From assembly GCA_900545455.1 (NCBI GenBank), contig UQZF01000001.1, forward strand, positions 1 to 54,603: 54,603 nt of DNA. The letters run 5' to 3'. A program made the position numbers and the translations under genes. A model generated the notes under the pieces. The model did no database searches. It had not been told where the DNA came from and saw nothing but the letters and a program-made list of their open reading frames with translations. Positions within the stretch are counted from its first letter, which is position 1. The number at the start of each line of letters is the position of its first letter. This DNA comes from an uncultured Eubacteriales bacterium. Its GTDB lineage: Bacteria; Bacillota; Clostridia; Lachnospirales; Lachnospiraceae. Positions 17,995 through 26,280 of the stretch are shown one piece after another.

Positions 17995-18873
17995 ATGGCA
18001 TTTTGTGAGAATTGTGGCAGACCGCTCGCTGACGGTGAAGTATGTAACTGTAAGCAGGGCGATGGTGCGCAGCAGGCAGCACCGGTACAGGCAGCGGAGG
18101 TTCAGACAGAACCTGTACAGCCTAAGAAGAAGGGGAAAAAGGGACTTGCGATTGTGATTGTAGTCCTTATATTGGCAGTTGCAGCAGGTGTTGCGGTATT
18201 TCTTCATACTGCTAACGGATATAAGAAGCCAATCAATGATATAACCAAGGTAATCAATAACAAAAACACGGATGTTGATGCGGTTGTGACAGCGGTTCTT
18301 CCTGATTTTGCGGCATCTTCTTATAAGAAGGCAATGAAGATTATTAAGACATCCGATGATATAGCGGACGCTTTTACAGAGGCTGAGGATGAGCTCAAGG
18401 ATATGTACGATACGTTTGATAGTGAGTATGATGCGGGATGGAGCGCAAAGTTCGATTATACCGACAAGGAAAAGTTGGATGCCGATGAGATTGAAGATCT
18501 CAATGATACATATTCCGGATTATATGACAACTATTTTGAGTCAATATGTGATGAAATTGCAGGATTTGATAAGTATGATTACGAGGATCTTGCGGATTCA
18601 CTTGGAATAAAAACAGCCAAGGCTAAAGACCTTTGCAAGGTTGTGGTTAACCTTATGAAGGAGTTCAAGGGAGCGAAGGTTACTGAAGGATATTCACTTA
18701 CAGGAAGACTTGTCCTTAACGACAAGAGTGGTAAGACACTTGAGAAGTCAGATAAGATTACAATCAATGTTATCAAGTTCAATGGTGACTGGATGATAGA
18801 TTATATGTCAGTGCTTCCTGAGTTCGGAATCAGCTTGTATGATTTACAGCGTATGCTTTACAATTTATATTAA
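17995..18873 (+). CDS. Zinc-ribbon / single-TM protein with an extracytoplasmic domain of unknown function
   Basis: The ATG at 17995 follows a GAGGAGGA RBS. N-terminal CENCGRPLADGEVCNC, one TM (LAIVIVVLILAVAAGVAVFL), then an acidic domain of about 210 aa. Paralogous to the product of 18942-19799. Confidence 0.75.
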   Translation: MAFCENCGRPLADGEVCNCKQGDGAQQAAPVQAAEVQTEPVQPKKKGKKGLAIVIVVLILAVAAGVAVFLHTANGYKKPINDITKVINNKNTDVDAVVTAVLPDFAASSYKKAMKIIKTSDDIADAFTEAEDELKDMYDTFDSEYDAGWSAKFDYTDKEKLDADEIEDLNDTYSGLYDNYFESICDEIAGFDKYDYEDLADSLGIKTAKAKDLCKVVVNLMKEFKGAKVTEGYSLTGRLVLNDKSGKTLEKSDKITINVIKFNGDWMIDYMSVLPEFGISLYDLQRMLYNLY

Positions 18874-18894
18874 AAAATGTACAGAGAATACAAG

Positions 18895-18930
18895 AAAGCG
18901 GGACTGCCTGATAAGGCGGTCCCGCTTTTG
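18895..18930. terminator. Bidirectional rho-independent terminator between convergent paralogs
   Basis: AAAGCGGGAC...GTCCCGCTTT 10-bp stem with T-runs on both strands. Confidence 0.75.
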
Positions 18931-18941
18931 AATGTACAAGA

Positions 18942-19799
18942 TTACTGAATATAGTTGGTGAAAATATCCCACAATATGTCGTCGTAGGCAATGTAATCAA
19001 TTCCTGTTGCAAGTGCAACACCTTCATCCCTGCCGTCATATATATACCAGCTTCCGTTGAGTTTAATTACGGCAAGGGAAATCTTATCGGTCTTGGCTGC
19101 CGTTTCGTTGGACTTATTGTAAAGAACGTATCGGCCTGTGATGTAATAGCCCGCGCTTATATCGAATTTTAAGTAGCTCTCACACCGTTCTCTTATTATG
19201 GAACAGAGCGTTGAGGCACGCTTGTGGGATATTCCGAGGGCATCGGCAAGACTCTGGACGTCATCTTTTCCCATGTTATCAATCGTATCAACAATGTTCT
19301 GATAGTAATCTGCTTTTGATTCAAGCTCGTTGTATATGATGGCAATCTGGCTGTCATCCATCTTGACTTTATCGCCGGTGACATCGAACTTCATCTTGAT
19401 ATCGCTTCCGCTGCTTGCCGCATTGTCACGGTAGTAGTCCTCAAGATTAGCGGGAATTGAATCAATGTACCGGTAATATACATCCGAGTTGGCGATTATC
19501 TTGTACGCCGAGTTGAATGCTTTCTTGTCGGCACCCGAGTAGATGAGCTTAAAAAGCTTCGCAGTGTCGGTTTCGCGGTTGTTGTAGATGCTGCATATAT
19601 CTTTGACCGGACGCATATAGTCTAAGCTGCGTATAAGACTGAATATTCCGAATGCTCCTGCACATATAACAATTATTATCGCAGCTCCGGCAATTATGCG
19701 CCTGGTGTTCGATGTGTTTTTCTGCTCAGCATCCGTATTTTGTGTGCCGCACGCCGTGCTCTCGCAGGAAGCGTCGGTCTTATGGTTGTGTATCTTCAT
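18942..19799 (-). CDS. Single-TM protein with the same extracytoplasmic domain as the 17995-18873 product (paralog)
   Basis: 285 aa with TM IIAGAAIIIVICAGAFGIFSLI. The C-terminal region aligns by eye with the neighbour (SLADALGI vs LADSLGI; GYYITGRYVLYNKS vs GYSLTGRLVLNDKS; ISLAVIKLNGSWYIYD vs ITINVIKFNGDWMIDY). GGAGGAG RBS. Overlaps the upstream tetR by 20 nt. Confidence 0.75.
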   Translation of the reverse strand: MKIHNHKTDASCESTACGTQNTDAEQKNTSNTRRIIAGAAIIIVICAGAFGIFSLIRSLDYMRPVKDICSIYNNRETDTAKLFKLIYSGADKKAFNSAYKIIANSDVYYRYIDSIPANLEDYYRDNAASSGSDIKMKFDVTGDKVKMDDSQIAIIYNELESKADYYQNIVDTIDNMGKDDVQSLADALGISHKRASTLCSIIRERCESYLKFDISAGYYITGRYVLYNKSNETAAKTDKISLAVIKLNGSWYIYDGRDEGVALATGIDYIAYDDILWDIFTNYIQ

Positions 19800-20448
19800 G
19801 TTCGATTACTCCTCCGTTCTTTTCTTCCGTTACTACATGACTCTCGATAATATAGTTAATTGTATTATACAGATAAGGCTTCAGACCGTCAATGTCAAGC
19901 GGATCACTGTACAGAATGGCACTGTAGGATATCGAGCTTATGAGTTCTATTATCATGAAGAGCATTATCTCAGGTTCCTTAAAATTGACGCCGGAGTGCT
20001 CGATAAGTGAATAGAAGATTTCACGGAAATCTATCGGTTCATCGGATGAGCCGGTCGTGAGAGCCTTTTTAAATATGGCCCAGCTCAGATTCTTGGATAT
20101 AAAGGTGAGCAGAGCCTTATTCTCAGTGAACTGGTTGATTACATTGTCGGCGATGAAGATAAAAGTATTTTTAAAATACTCAAGACCGGAATATTTGTTT
20201 TCATAATGTTCCTCTTTGAGAGCATCAAGGGCTCTGCTGAGTACAAGAGCAGATTGATGGCTTATGAGCTTATTGCGGATATCATATTTATCCTTGAAGT
20301 ACAGATAGAATGTACCCTTGGCTATACCTGCCTGCTCGGATATTTCAGAAATGCTTGTCTTGTTGACACCCTTGGTTGTGAACAGCTCAAAAGCCGTGTT
20401 GAGCAAGGAAAGGCGCTTGTGTTGTTTGTTCTCTTCAGCTTTTCCCAT
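19780..20448 (-). CDS. TetR/AcrR-family transcriptional regulator
   Basis: N-terminal HTH TSISEISEQAGIAKGTFYLYFKDK; 222 aa. Confidence 0.9.
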   Translation of the reverse strand: MGKAEENKQHKRLSLLNTAFELFTTKGVNKTSISEISEQAGIAKGTFYLYFKDKYDIRNKLISHQSALVLSRALDALKEEHYENKYSGLEYFKNTFIFIADNVINQFTENKALLTFISKNLSWAIFKKALTTGSSDEPIDFREIFYSLIEHSGVNFKEPEIMLFMIIELISSISYSAILYSDPLDIDGLKPYLYNTINYIIESHVVTEEKNGGVIEHEDTQP

Positions 20449-20579
20449 ATTATAAATCCTTTCAATATAACGATTATGAATATTTTAACTCTTTTTTATA
20501 TTTTTTCCAATTAAAAAAGTATTATATTTCAAAAAATTGATTCTTAACCGTAAAATAAGTGGAAAATAAAGGCTTTTAA

Positions 20580-20588
20580 TGCTACAAT
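20580..20588 (+). promoter_or_regulatory. Candidate extended -10 (TGcTACAAT) for the GH43 operon
   Basis: Read at 20580-20588 in the 203-bp AT-rich divergent intergenic region, followed by a (TAA)5 run. Confidence 0.35.
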
Positions 20589-20651
20589 CATAATAATAAT
20601 AATAATGACTACTGTTATTTTGTGGGTTATCAGGCAGCGGAGGGTATTAAA

Positions 20652-21587
20652 ATGTCGGCATATATTTTTGTGTATTTTACGGGTGAGGAACACGAGAACG
20701 GGGAGCAGATTTACTTTTCACTGAGTAGGGACGGGCTTCATTGGAATGACCTTAACGGAGGAAAGCCGGTGCTGATATCCGAACTTGGGGAAAGAGGAGT
20801 GAGGGATCCGTTTATTGTAAAACATCCAAAAACGGGGCGTTTCTATCTCATCGCGACGGATTTGTGCATGTACACGAAGAAAGATTGGGGAAGAGCCGTG
20901 CACGAAGGCAGCCGTGACATGATAGTGTGGGAGTCCGATGATCTCGTTACATGGTCTAAGGAGAGAAATGTCACGATTGGAATTCAAAATGCAGGCTGTG
21001 TCTGGGCACCTGAGGCGGTGTACGACAAAGAAAGAGAAGAATTTATGGTGTTTTTTGCCTCGTTTACAAGGGCAGACGGAGGCAGACCGGAATGTGGGAA
21101 GGATGAACCGGGGGACAAGCATATAATATACAGAAGCTTCACGAAAGATTTTAAGAGCTTTACTCCGGTGGAGAGATATATTGAACGTGAGCAGAGCATA
21201 ATCGATACGACAATTATCCGTGATGGGAATATTTATTACAGATTTTCCAAGGATGAGGTCAGCAAGAAGCTGATTCTTGAAGCAGGTGAAAGTCTTGACA
21301 GGGAGGCATTCACGCAGATTGAGAGTGAGACGTTGTCCGGTCTTTACGGTCTTGAGGGACCTGAGTGCTACAGACTTCCGGACGGACATTATTGCCTTAT
21401 TGCGGACAGATTTGCGGAACATAAGGGATATATGCCTATAGTTATAGACGACATGTCACATGGTGTGATGCATGTTCTCGGTGATGATAAATATGATCTG
21501 GGAAGCACAAGAAAGCGTCACGGCGGTGTGATGGAGATTACTGACAGTGAGTATGACAGATTGCTTGAGGAGTATGGTTTGGTATGA
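20652..21587 (+). CDS. Glycoside hydrolase family 43 (cytoplasmic; arabinofuranosidase/xylosidase-like)
   Basis: VRDPFI, CVWAPEAVY and LEGPECYRL blocks carry the GH43 catalytic acids. No signal peptide. The ATG at 20652 follows a GGAGGG RBS. Confidence 0.8.
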   Translation: MSAYIFVYFTGEEHENGEQIYFSLSRDGLHWNDLNGGKPVLISELGERGVRDPFIVKHPKTGRFYLIATDLCMYTKKDWGRAVHEGSRDMIVWESDDLVTWSKERNVTIGIQNAGCVWAPEAVYDKEREEFMVFFASFTRADGGRPECGKDEPGDKHIIYRSFTKDFKSFTPVERYIEREQSIIDTTIIRDGNIYYRFSKDEVSKKLILEAGESLDREAFTQIESETLSGLYGLEGPECYRLPDGHYCLIADRFAEHKGYMPIVIDDMSHGVMHVLGDDKYDLGSTRKRHGGVMEITDSEYDRLLEEYGLV

Positions 21588-24208
21588 TTGTACTTAAAAG
21601 TACGGATGAACTTAAGAAAGTATTTGACAGGCTTATAGGAACATTGCCGGTTCCGGTCGAATGGGACGGGAATTTTGTTGTCATGGACAATTTTCTGGTT
21701 TTGAGCGGCAGGGAACGTTCGGTAATTTTTAATTACGATACGCGCAGAGTCAGCACCAATATTGTTGACTTGAAGCTTGATAAGGTGAAGGCACAGGCGA
21801 TAAGTCCGGATTCACAGCTTATAAATATATTTAACCTTGTACTCTATGCCTTCGGGAAGTGGGGAGCCTTAAAGGGTATAACCGTAGAGAAGGATGAGGC
21901 ACAAATAAATGCATTGTTCGGTGCGGTGTTCGGGCAGATTGGTGTGACAGCGGAGTATAACGCACAGCACTGTTTTCTTTATAAAGGTGATATGAGAATA
22001 ACATACGAGGATGCCATACAACTTGCTATCGAAAAAGATAACGATGTTGACGAAGATGGGAATGGTGAAGACAAGGCTGCCGGATTGTGGCATAACATGG
22101 TCTGGAAGGTTGTGAATGAAGAGTTTGCATTTTCGAGGACATCGATAGAGGAGAGAAAGCGCGGAAGACTCGGGAATAATTTCTATAAGGTAGGATATGA
22201 CTGTCCACGGCGCGGTCAGAAGCTCTATATGGCTGTATTTCCTGAGAAGGATGAGCCGGTAATCGACACCGTGAACGGACAGGTCAGGATGGCGAGGGTA
22301 TTCCATTGTCCTGAGTGTTCAATATTTTTTACACCTATTCCGCTTAAAAATCTCACGGATAAGGATGTGTTTATTCTCGATTTTGACGGTGATAAGTCGG
22401 CAGCCGGCGATTACATGGAGATGCTCGGAAAGCTTGCCGGCGATGAGCCGAACGGCAATTACAACGAGTATGTCGGAGCGGAGAAGCCTAAGGATGAAGA
22501 AAAAAGACCTGACCTCAACAGCATCGACAAGGGAATACGAGACAATCGTGTGGATTTAAACGGAATCGACAAGGGAATAAGGGACGACCGAGTCGACTTA
22601 AACGGAATCGACAAGGGAATAAATGATGAGCGGATTGACTTAAACGGCATAGATAAAGGCATCAGTGACGATTACAGAGACTTAAACGGCGTCAATAAGT
22701 TCGATGAGATTATCAAGGCCGAGGAAGGATTTTATCCGGAAGAGTATGTTAAGCGCATGGAACCGGAATATGAAAAATTCTGGGACAGAATGGTCGAGGA
22801 GAGTGAGGAACGGGTTGAGGAAGCCGGAGAAAATTCGGCACGCGGACGCAGACCGGGCAGGGAAAAGTTCTATGAGGAGCAACCGCGGGAGACACGCAGG
22901 CAGATGGGAACGGAACATGCGAAGCCGGAGGAACATGCTGCGGCTCCGGAAAAAGAAAACAGATCCGACAGAAGGCGTGAGGCGGAAGAGGCGAGAGAGA
23001 AGGCTGCACAGGAGAAGCTTATATACAATGTGGAGCATTCTTCCGGAAAAAGCTATGCGGCACTTAGTAATCTTGACAAAGAATTAGCGTCATCCGCACT
23101 AAAAACTGATACTAAAAGACGACTTGAAAAAATAATTAAGGACGCTAAAATTAATAGTGCAAAAGTGGAGGTGGAGACCCTCATGTCAAAGCTTCCGGAC
23201 GTTTTAGGAGAGAAGGCTTATCATACATATAAGGATAAGCTTAAGAGTTATAAGGAGTTAGATACAACAGAATATGAGAAAGAGCTTGACAACAGGAGGC
23301 ATCAGGCAGAGAGAAGTGAGGCGGAAGATATATTAAAGCGCAGCAGGAGGAGTACCAGAAAAGACCTGCTCGACATGCTTGATGCGATAAAAGGCAGAAA
23401 GTTCTCCGGCGATATAGAGAAGGAGTATTCTGACAGGGTTCTCGATGCGGTAGCCAAGCTTGATAAGAGACGTATAGATGATGCGTGCAGAGACAGCGCT
23501 GATTACACGGGTGAAGAGCTTGAGAAGCTCTATAACAATATCAAGGAGGAAAATTTTCTCCCTGAGATTAAGAATCCGGCACTTGATTCAGTCGCTAAGA
23601 GGCTCAGACGCATTAAGAATGAGGAGGCAGGGCTTTTGGTAGCCCGACTGAAGAAGGAGCTTCAGAATAACAATGTGTCTGATAACGACAGACACTATTT
23701 TTATCCGGCAGCGGAGGTTTTAGAGAACCGCAATGGCGGGGATGTGATTGAGAGGATGGAATATGCTAAGGGGACATACGGAGTATCCATGGGAGATTTT
23801 GAATATCCGATAATGATGGTGGACACCACGAGGACGCAGAGCGGCAAGGAGGGAATGCTGCTGACACCCGAGGCTGTTTATTACAGCAATTTTGTCACCT
23901 GCGGTAACATCAAAGTGGAGGATATCAGAGCTATAGAAGCTTCAACGGGGTTTCTCGGCAAATCGGTTACGGCATATCTGAATGACGGCTCGAAAGTCAA
24001 ACTTCCGCATGTTGTGGATGCGAAGGAGCTGAAGGGATATGCCAAGGCGCTGAACGATTTTGTCATGTATCTGAAGGAGCGTCCTTTCTCGCGGAAGGAA
24101 AAATATCTTGCCAAGGAAAAGCATGATGTTATCTGCTGTTTCAGGTGCGGATATGTGTATAAAGGTCTGAAAGAATGCCCTAAGTGTGGATACAAGCAAA
24201 ATGTATAA
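21584..24208 (+). CDS. Large cytoplasmic protein of unknown function: two zinc-ribbon-like motifs, a 14-aa tandem repeat, and a long K/E/R-rich region
   Basis: 874 aa. ATGA overlap with GH43. CPRRG...CPEC and C-terminal CCFRCG...CPKCG motifs. DLNGIDKGIRDDRV x4.5. No TM segments. Confidence 0.8.
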   Translation: MIVLKSTDELKKVFDRLIGTLPVPVEWDGNFVVMDNFLVLSGRERSVIFNYDTRRVSTNIVDLKLDKVKAQAISPDSQLINIFNLVLYAFGKWGALKGITVEKDEAQINALFGAVFGQIGVTAEYNAQHCFLYKGDMRITYEDAIQLAIEKDNDVDEDGNGEDKAAGLWHNMVWKVVNEEFAFSRTSIEERKRGRLGNNFYKVGYDCPRRGQKLYMAVFPEKDEPVIDTVNGQVRMARVFHCPECSIFFTPIPLKNLTDKDVFILDFDGDKSAAGDYMEMLGKLAGDEPNGNYNEYVGAEKPKDEEKRPDLNSIDKGIRDNRVDLNGIDKGIRDDRVDLNGIDKGINDERIDLNGIDKGISDDYRDLNGVNKFDEIIKAEEGFYPEEYVKRMEPEYEKFWDRMVEESEERVEEAGENSARGRRPGREKFYEEQPRETRRQMGTEHAKPEEHAAAPEKENRSDRRREAEEAREKAAQEKLIYNVEHSSGKSYAALSNLDKELASSALKTDTKRRLEKIIKDAKINSAKVEVETLMSKLPDVLGEKAYHTYKDKLKSYKELDTTEYEKELDNRRHQAERSEAEDILKRSRRSTRKDLLDMLDAIKGRKFSGDIEKEYSDRVLDAVAKLDKRRIDDACRDSADYTGEELEKLYNNIKEENFLPEIKNPALDSVAKRLRRIKNEEAGLLVARLKKELQNNNVSDNDRHYFYPAAEVLENRNGGDVIERMEYAKGTYGVSMGDFEYPIMMVDTTRTQSGKEGMLLTPEAVYYSNFVTCGNIKVEDIRAIEASTGFLGKSVTAYLNDGSKVKLPHVVDAKELKGYAKALNDFVMYLKERPFSRKEKYLAKEKHDVICCFRCGYVYKGLKECPKCGYKQNV
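22511..22699 (+). repeat. In-frame 42-bp tandem repeat, 4.5 copies (encodes DLNGIDKGIRDDRV-type units)
   Basis: Units start at 22511, 22553, 22595, 22637 and 22679 (partial). Copies diverge mainly at third-codon and charged positions. Confidence 0.9.
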
Positions 24209-26066
24209 AATATTAAGGATGAAGATGAAGATGAAGGAAAACGATGTGAGGCAGGTAAAGGCAGCAGATATTAAGAAGGAATGTACCATATTGTACGCTG
24301 CATGTGCCGCACTGCACGCTGTAACGGCATTGTGTTTTGTAATACTTAAGATTAGGCTGATGATATATGTGAGTATCGGTGGCATTGTGCTTTATGCACT
24401 TGGAATATTCGGTATGCGCGGATCAATGCATACAAGAAGATGGATATTCCTTATGGCTGCGGAATTTCTTGCGATTGTATCTGTAAGCAATATATATCTG
24501 GGATGGGGATACGGCTATCTGCTCTACGGAGTGATGCTGATTCCGATAGTCTATTATTTTATGTACCTTGACAACGGAAATGTAAAGTCGAGAGTTCCGC
24601 ATTACATAGCACTCGTTGATTTGTTTATGATTACATTTACGGCGATGATAGGCAGGGATTACAACAGAATTGCATGGGTAGGAGACAATCAGGTGCTTGG
24701 AATGCTTATGGGAAACACATTGTTCTCAATTGTGACACTTATATTCTATTCAGGGCGTTTTATTACTGAAATAAGGCACACCACGAAGCACCTTGCTTAC
24801 AGAGCCAACTACGATATGCTCACGGGAGTGCTCAACAGAGAAGGCTTCAATGAGAGAACCGCCAAGATGCTTAAAAGCAATCCTGACACGAAATATATTA
24901 TGGTATGCTCCGATGTCAAGGATTTCAAGATGATAAATGACATATTCGGTGATGAGACGGGTGACAAGGTACTCATCAAGGAGGCGGAGCTTCTAAAAAA
25001 TGTTGCCGACGGACAGGCAGTGTACGGAAGAATAGGCGGGGACAGATTTGCGATATGTATGCCGAAGGCTCTTTTTAAAGAGGAACAGTTCATTGATAAC
25101 ATTGTCACAATGAAAAAGACATTCTCGACAGGATATTATCAGATGTTCATATATATTGGCGTATATGAGATAGCGGATAATAACGAGCCTGTTGGTGTTA
25201 TGTACGATAAGGCTAACATGGCTATAAAATGTATGAAGGGCAACTATCAGCGTGCCGTGGCATACTATGACAGGGCAATTCTTGAGGAAGAATTAGAGCA
25301 GAAAAAGCTTATTGCCGAGTTCGACAAGGCACTTGATAATAATGAGTTCTGCATATTTTTACAGCCGCAGACGGATGCGGACGGCACCTGTCACGGTGCG
25401 GAGGCACTTGTCCGCTGGAACCATCCTCACAGAGGACTTCTGAATCCGGCGGCATTTGTTGACTGCTATGAGAAATCGGGTCTTATACATAAGCTTGATA
25501 CCTATGTGTGGGAACAGGTTGTAAGAACACTCAAAAAATGGATGGACATAGGGCGTGATGACCTTCACATCTCAATAAATATTTCCGCAATGGATTTCTT
25601 CTATCTTGATGTGTATAAGGAAATAACGGAGCTGGTTGACAGATACGGAGTCAATATCCAGAATTTAAGACTTGAGCTTACAGAGACGGCGGTTGTAAAT
25701 GAGAATGACAACATGGAAGTTATAAGAAAGCTCCATGATGCGGGCTTTATAATTGAGATTGATGATTTCGGAAGCGGATATTCATCACTCAATATGCTCA
25801 AGGATGTATGTAGTGATGTTCTTAAGATCGACCGTGAGTTCCTGCGTGAGACTGAGAATACGGCTAAGAGCAGAAACATTCTCGAGGAGATAATAAGGCT
25901 TTCTACCAGAATGAATATGACGGTTATCACAGAGGGTGTTGAGACGAAAGAGCAGGTTGATATGCTTACGGGAATGGGCTGCAGAATTTTTCAGGGCTAC
26001 TATTTTTCCAAGCCTATTCCGATTAATGAATTTGAGGACAAGTATAATGTGAGCATAGCCTATTGA
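24201..26066 (+). CDS. Membrane-bound GGDEF-EAL protein (degenerate GGDEF, intact EAL); likely c-di-GMP phosphodiesterase
   Basis: About 6 N-terminal TM helices. GGDEF domain with GGDRF in place of GG(D/E)EF. EAL motifs EALVRW, ELTE, DDFGSGYSSL, KID, EGVE and QGY are all present. The start overlaps the stop of the upstream gene. Confidence 0.88.
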   Translation: MYKILRMKMKMKENDVRQVKAADIKKECTILYAACAALHAVTALCFVILKIRLMIYVSIGGIVLYALGIFGMRGSMHTRRWIFLMAAEFLAIVSVSNIYLGWGYGYLLYGVMLIPIVYYFMYLDNGNVKSRVPHYIALVDLFMITFTAMIGRDYNRIAWVGDNQVLGMLMGNTLFSIVTLIFYSGRFITEIRHTTKHLAYRANYDMLTGVLNREGFNERTAKMLKSNPDTKYIMVCSDVKDFKMINDIFGDETGDKVLIKEAELLKNVADGQAVYGRIGGDRFAICMPKALFKEEQFIDNIVTMKKTFSTGYYQMFIYIGVYEIADNNEPVGVMYDKANMAIKCMKGNYQRAVAYYDRAILEEELEQKKLIAEFDKALDNNEFCIFLQPQTDADGTCHGAEALVRWNHPHRGLLNPAAFVDCYEKSGLIHKLDTYVWEQVVRTLKKWMDIGRDDLHISINISAMDFFYLDVYKEITELVDRYGVNIQNLRLELTETAVVNENDNMEVIRKLHDAGFIIEIDDFGSGYSSLNMLKDVCSDVLKIDREFLRETENTAKSRNILEEIIRLSTRMNMTVITEGVETKEQVDMLTGMGCRIFQGYYFSKPIPINEFEDKYNVSIAY

Positions 26067-26084
26067 CGTCAGAATGTATATAAG

Positions 26085-26133
26085 AGATGAGATTATGGTA
26101 AAAATGATATTTTACCGCAATCTCATCTTTTTT
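26085..26133 (+). terminator. Rho-independent terminator
   Basis: AGATGAGATT..GGTAAAA / TTTTACC..AATCTCATCT long stem followed by T6. Confidence 0.8.
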
Positions 26134-26135
26134 AT

Positions 26136-26152
26136 TTGTGCAATATGCACAA
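26136..26152. promoter_or_regulatory. Perfect palindrome TTGTGCA-ATA-TGCACAA (candidate operator)
   Basis: 7-bp arms with a 3-bp spacer, read directly, upstream of the tetR promoter. Confidence 0.35.
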
Positions 26153-26157
26153 AAATA

Positions 26158-26244
26158 GGAAACTAAAATCGTTAAAATAGTTTCTTGTTGCATTCAGGGC
26201 AATGTGTTACAATTAAGGAAACTTGAAATTGAAAAATAGTTTCC
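26158..26244. promoter_or_regulatory. Two copies of the palindrome GGAAACT-N13/14-AGTTTC(C) bracketing a candidate promoter (TTGTTG-17-TGtTACAAT at 26185-26213); likely TetR operators
   Basis: Copy 1 is at 26158-26184 and overlaps the -35. Copy 2 is at 26217-26244, just downstream of the -10. The tetR ATG is at 26281. Confidence 0.5.
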
Positions 26245-26280
26245 TGCGGGGATGCAGGGAAAATTCGGAAAGGAAAAATC

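Noticed and set aside
20591-20606. (TAA)5 microsatellite upstream of the GH43 gene
   Set aside because: It is short, sits in an AT-rich promoter or leader region, and shows no evidence of function. It may be slippage-prone, but it is too short to argue phase variation.
22459-22662. 67-aa minus-strand ORF with its own internal repeats (IPLSIPFKS...)
   Set aside because: It is simply the antisense reading of the 42-bp tandem repeat in the 874-aa gene.
22511-22699. Possible CRISPR array
   Set aside because: The repeats are directly tandem with no spacers. They are in frame within a long ORF, and no cas genes are present.
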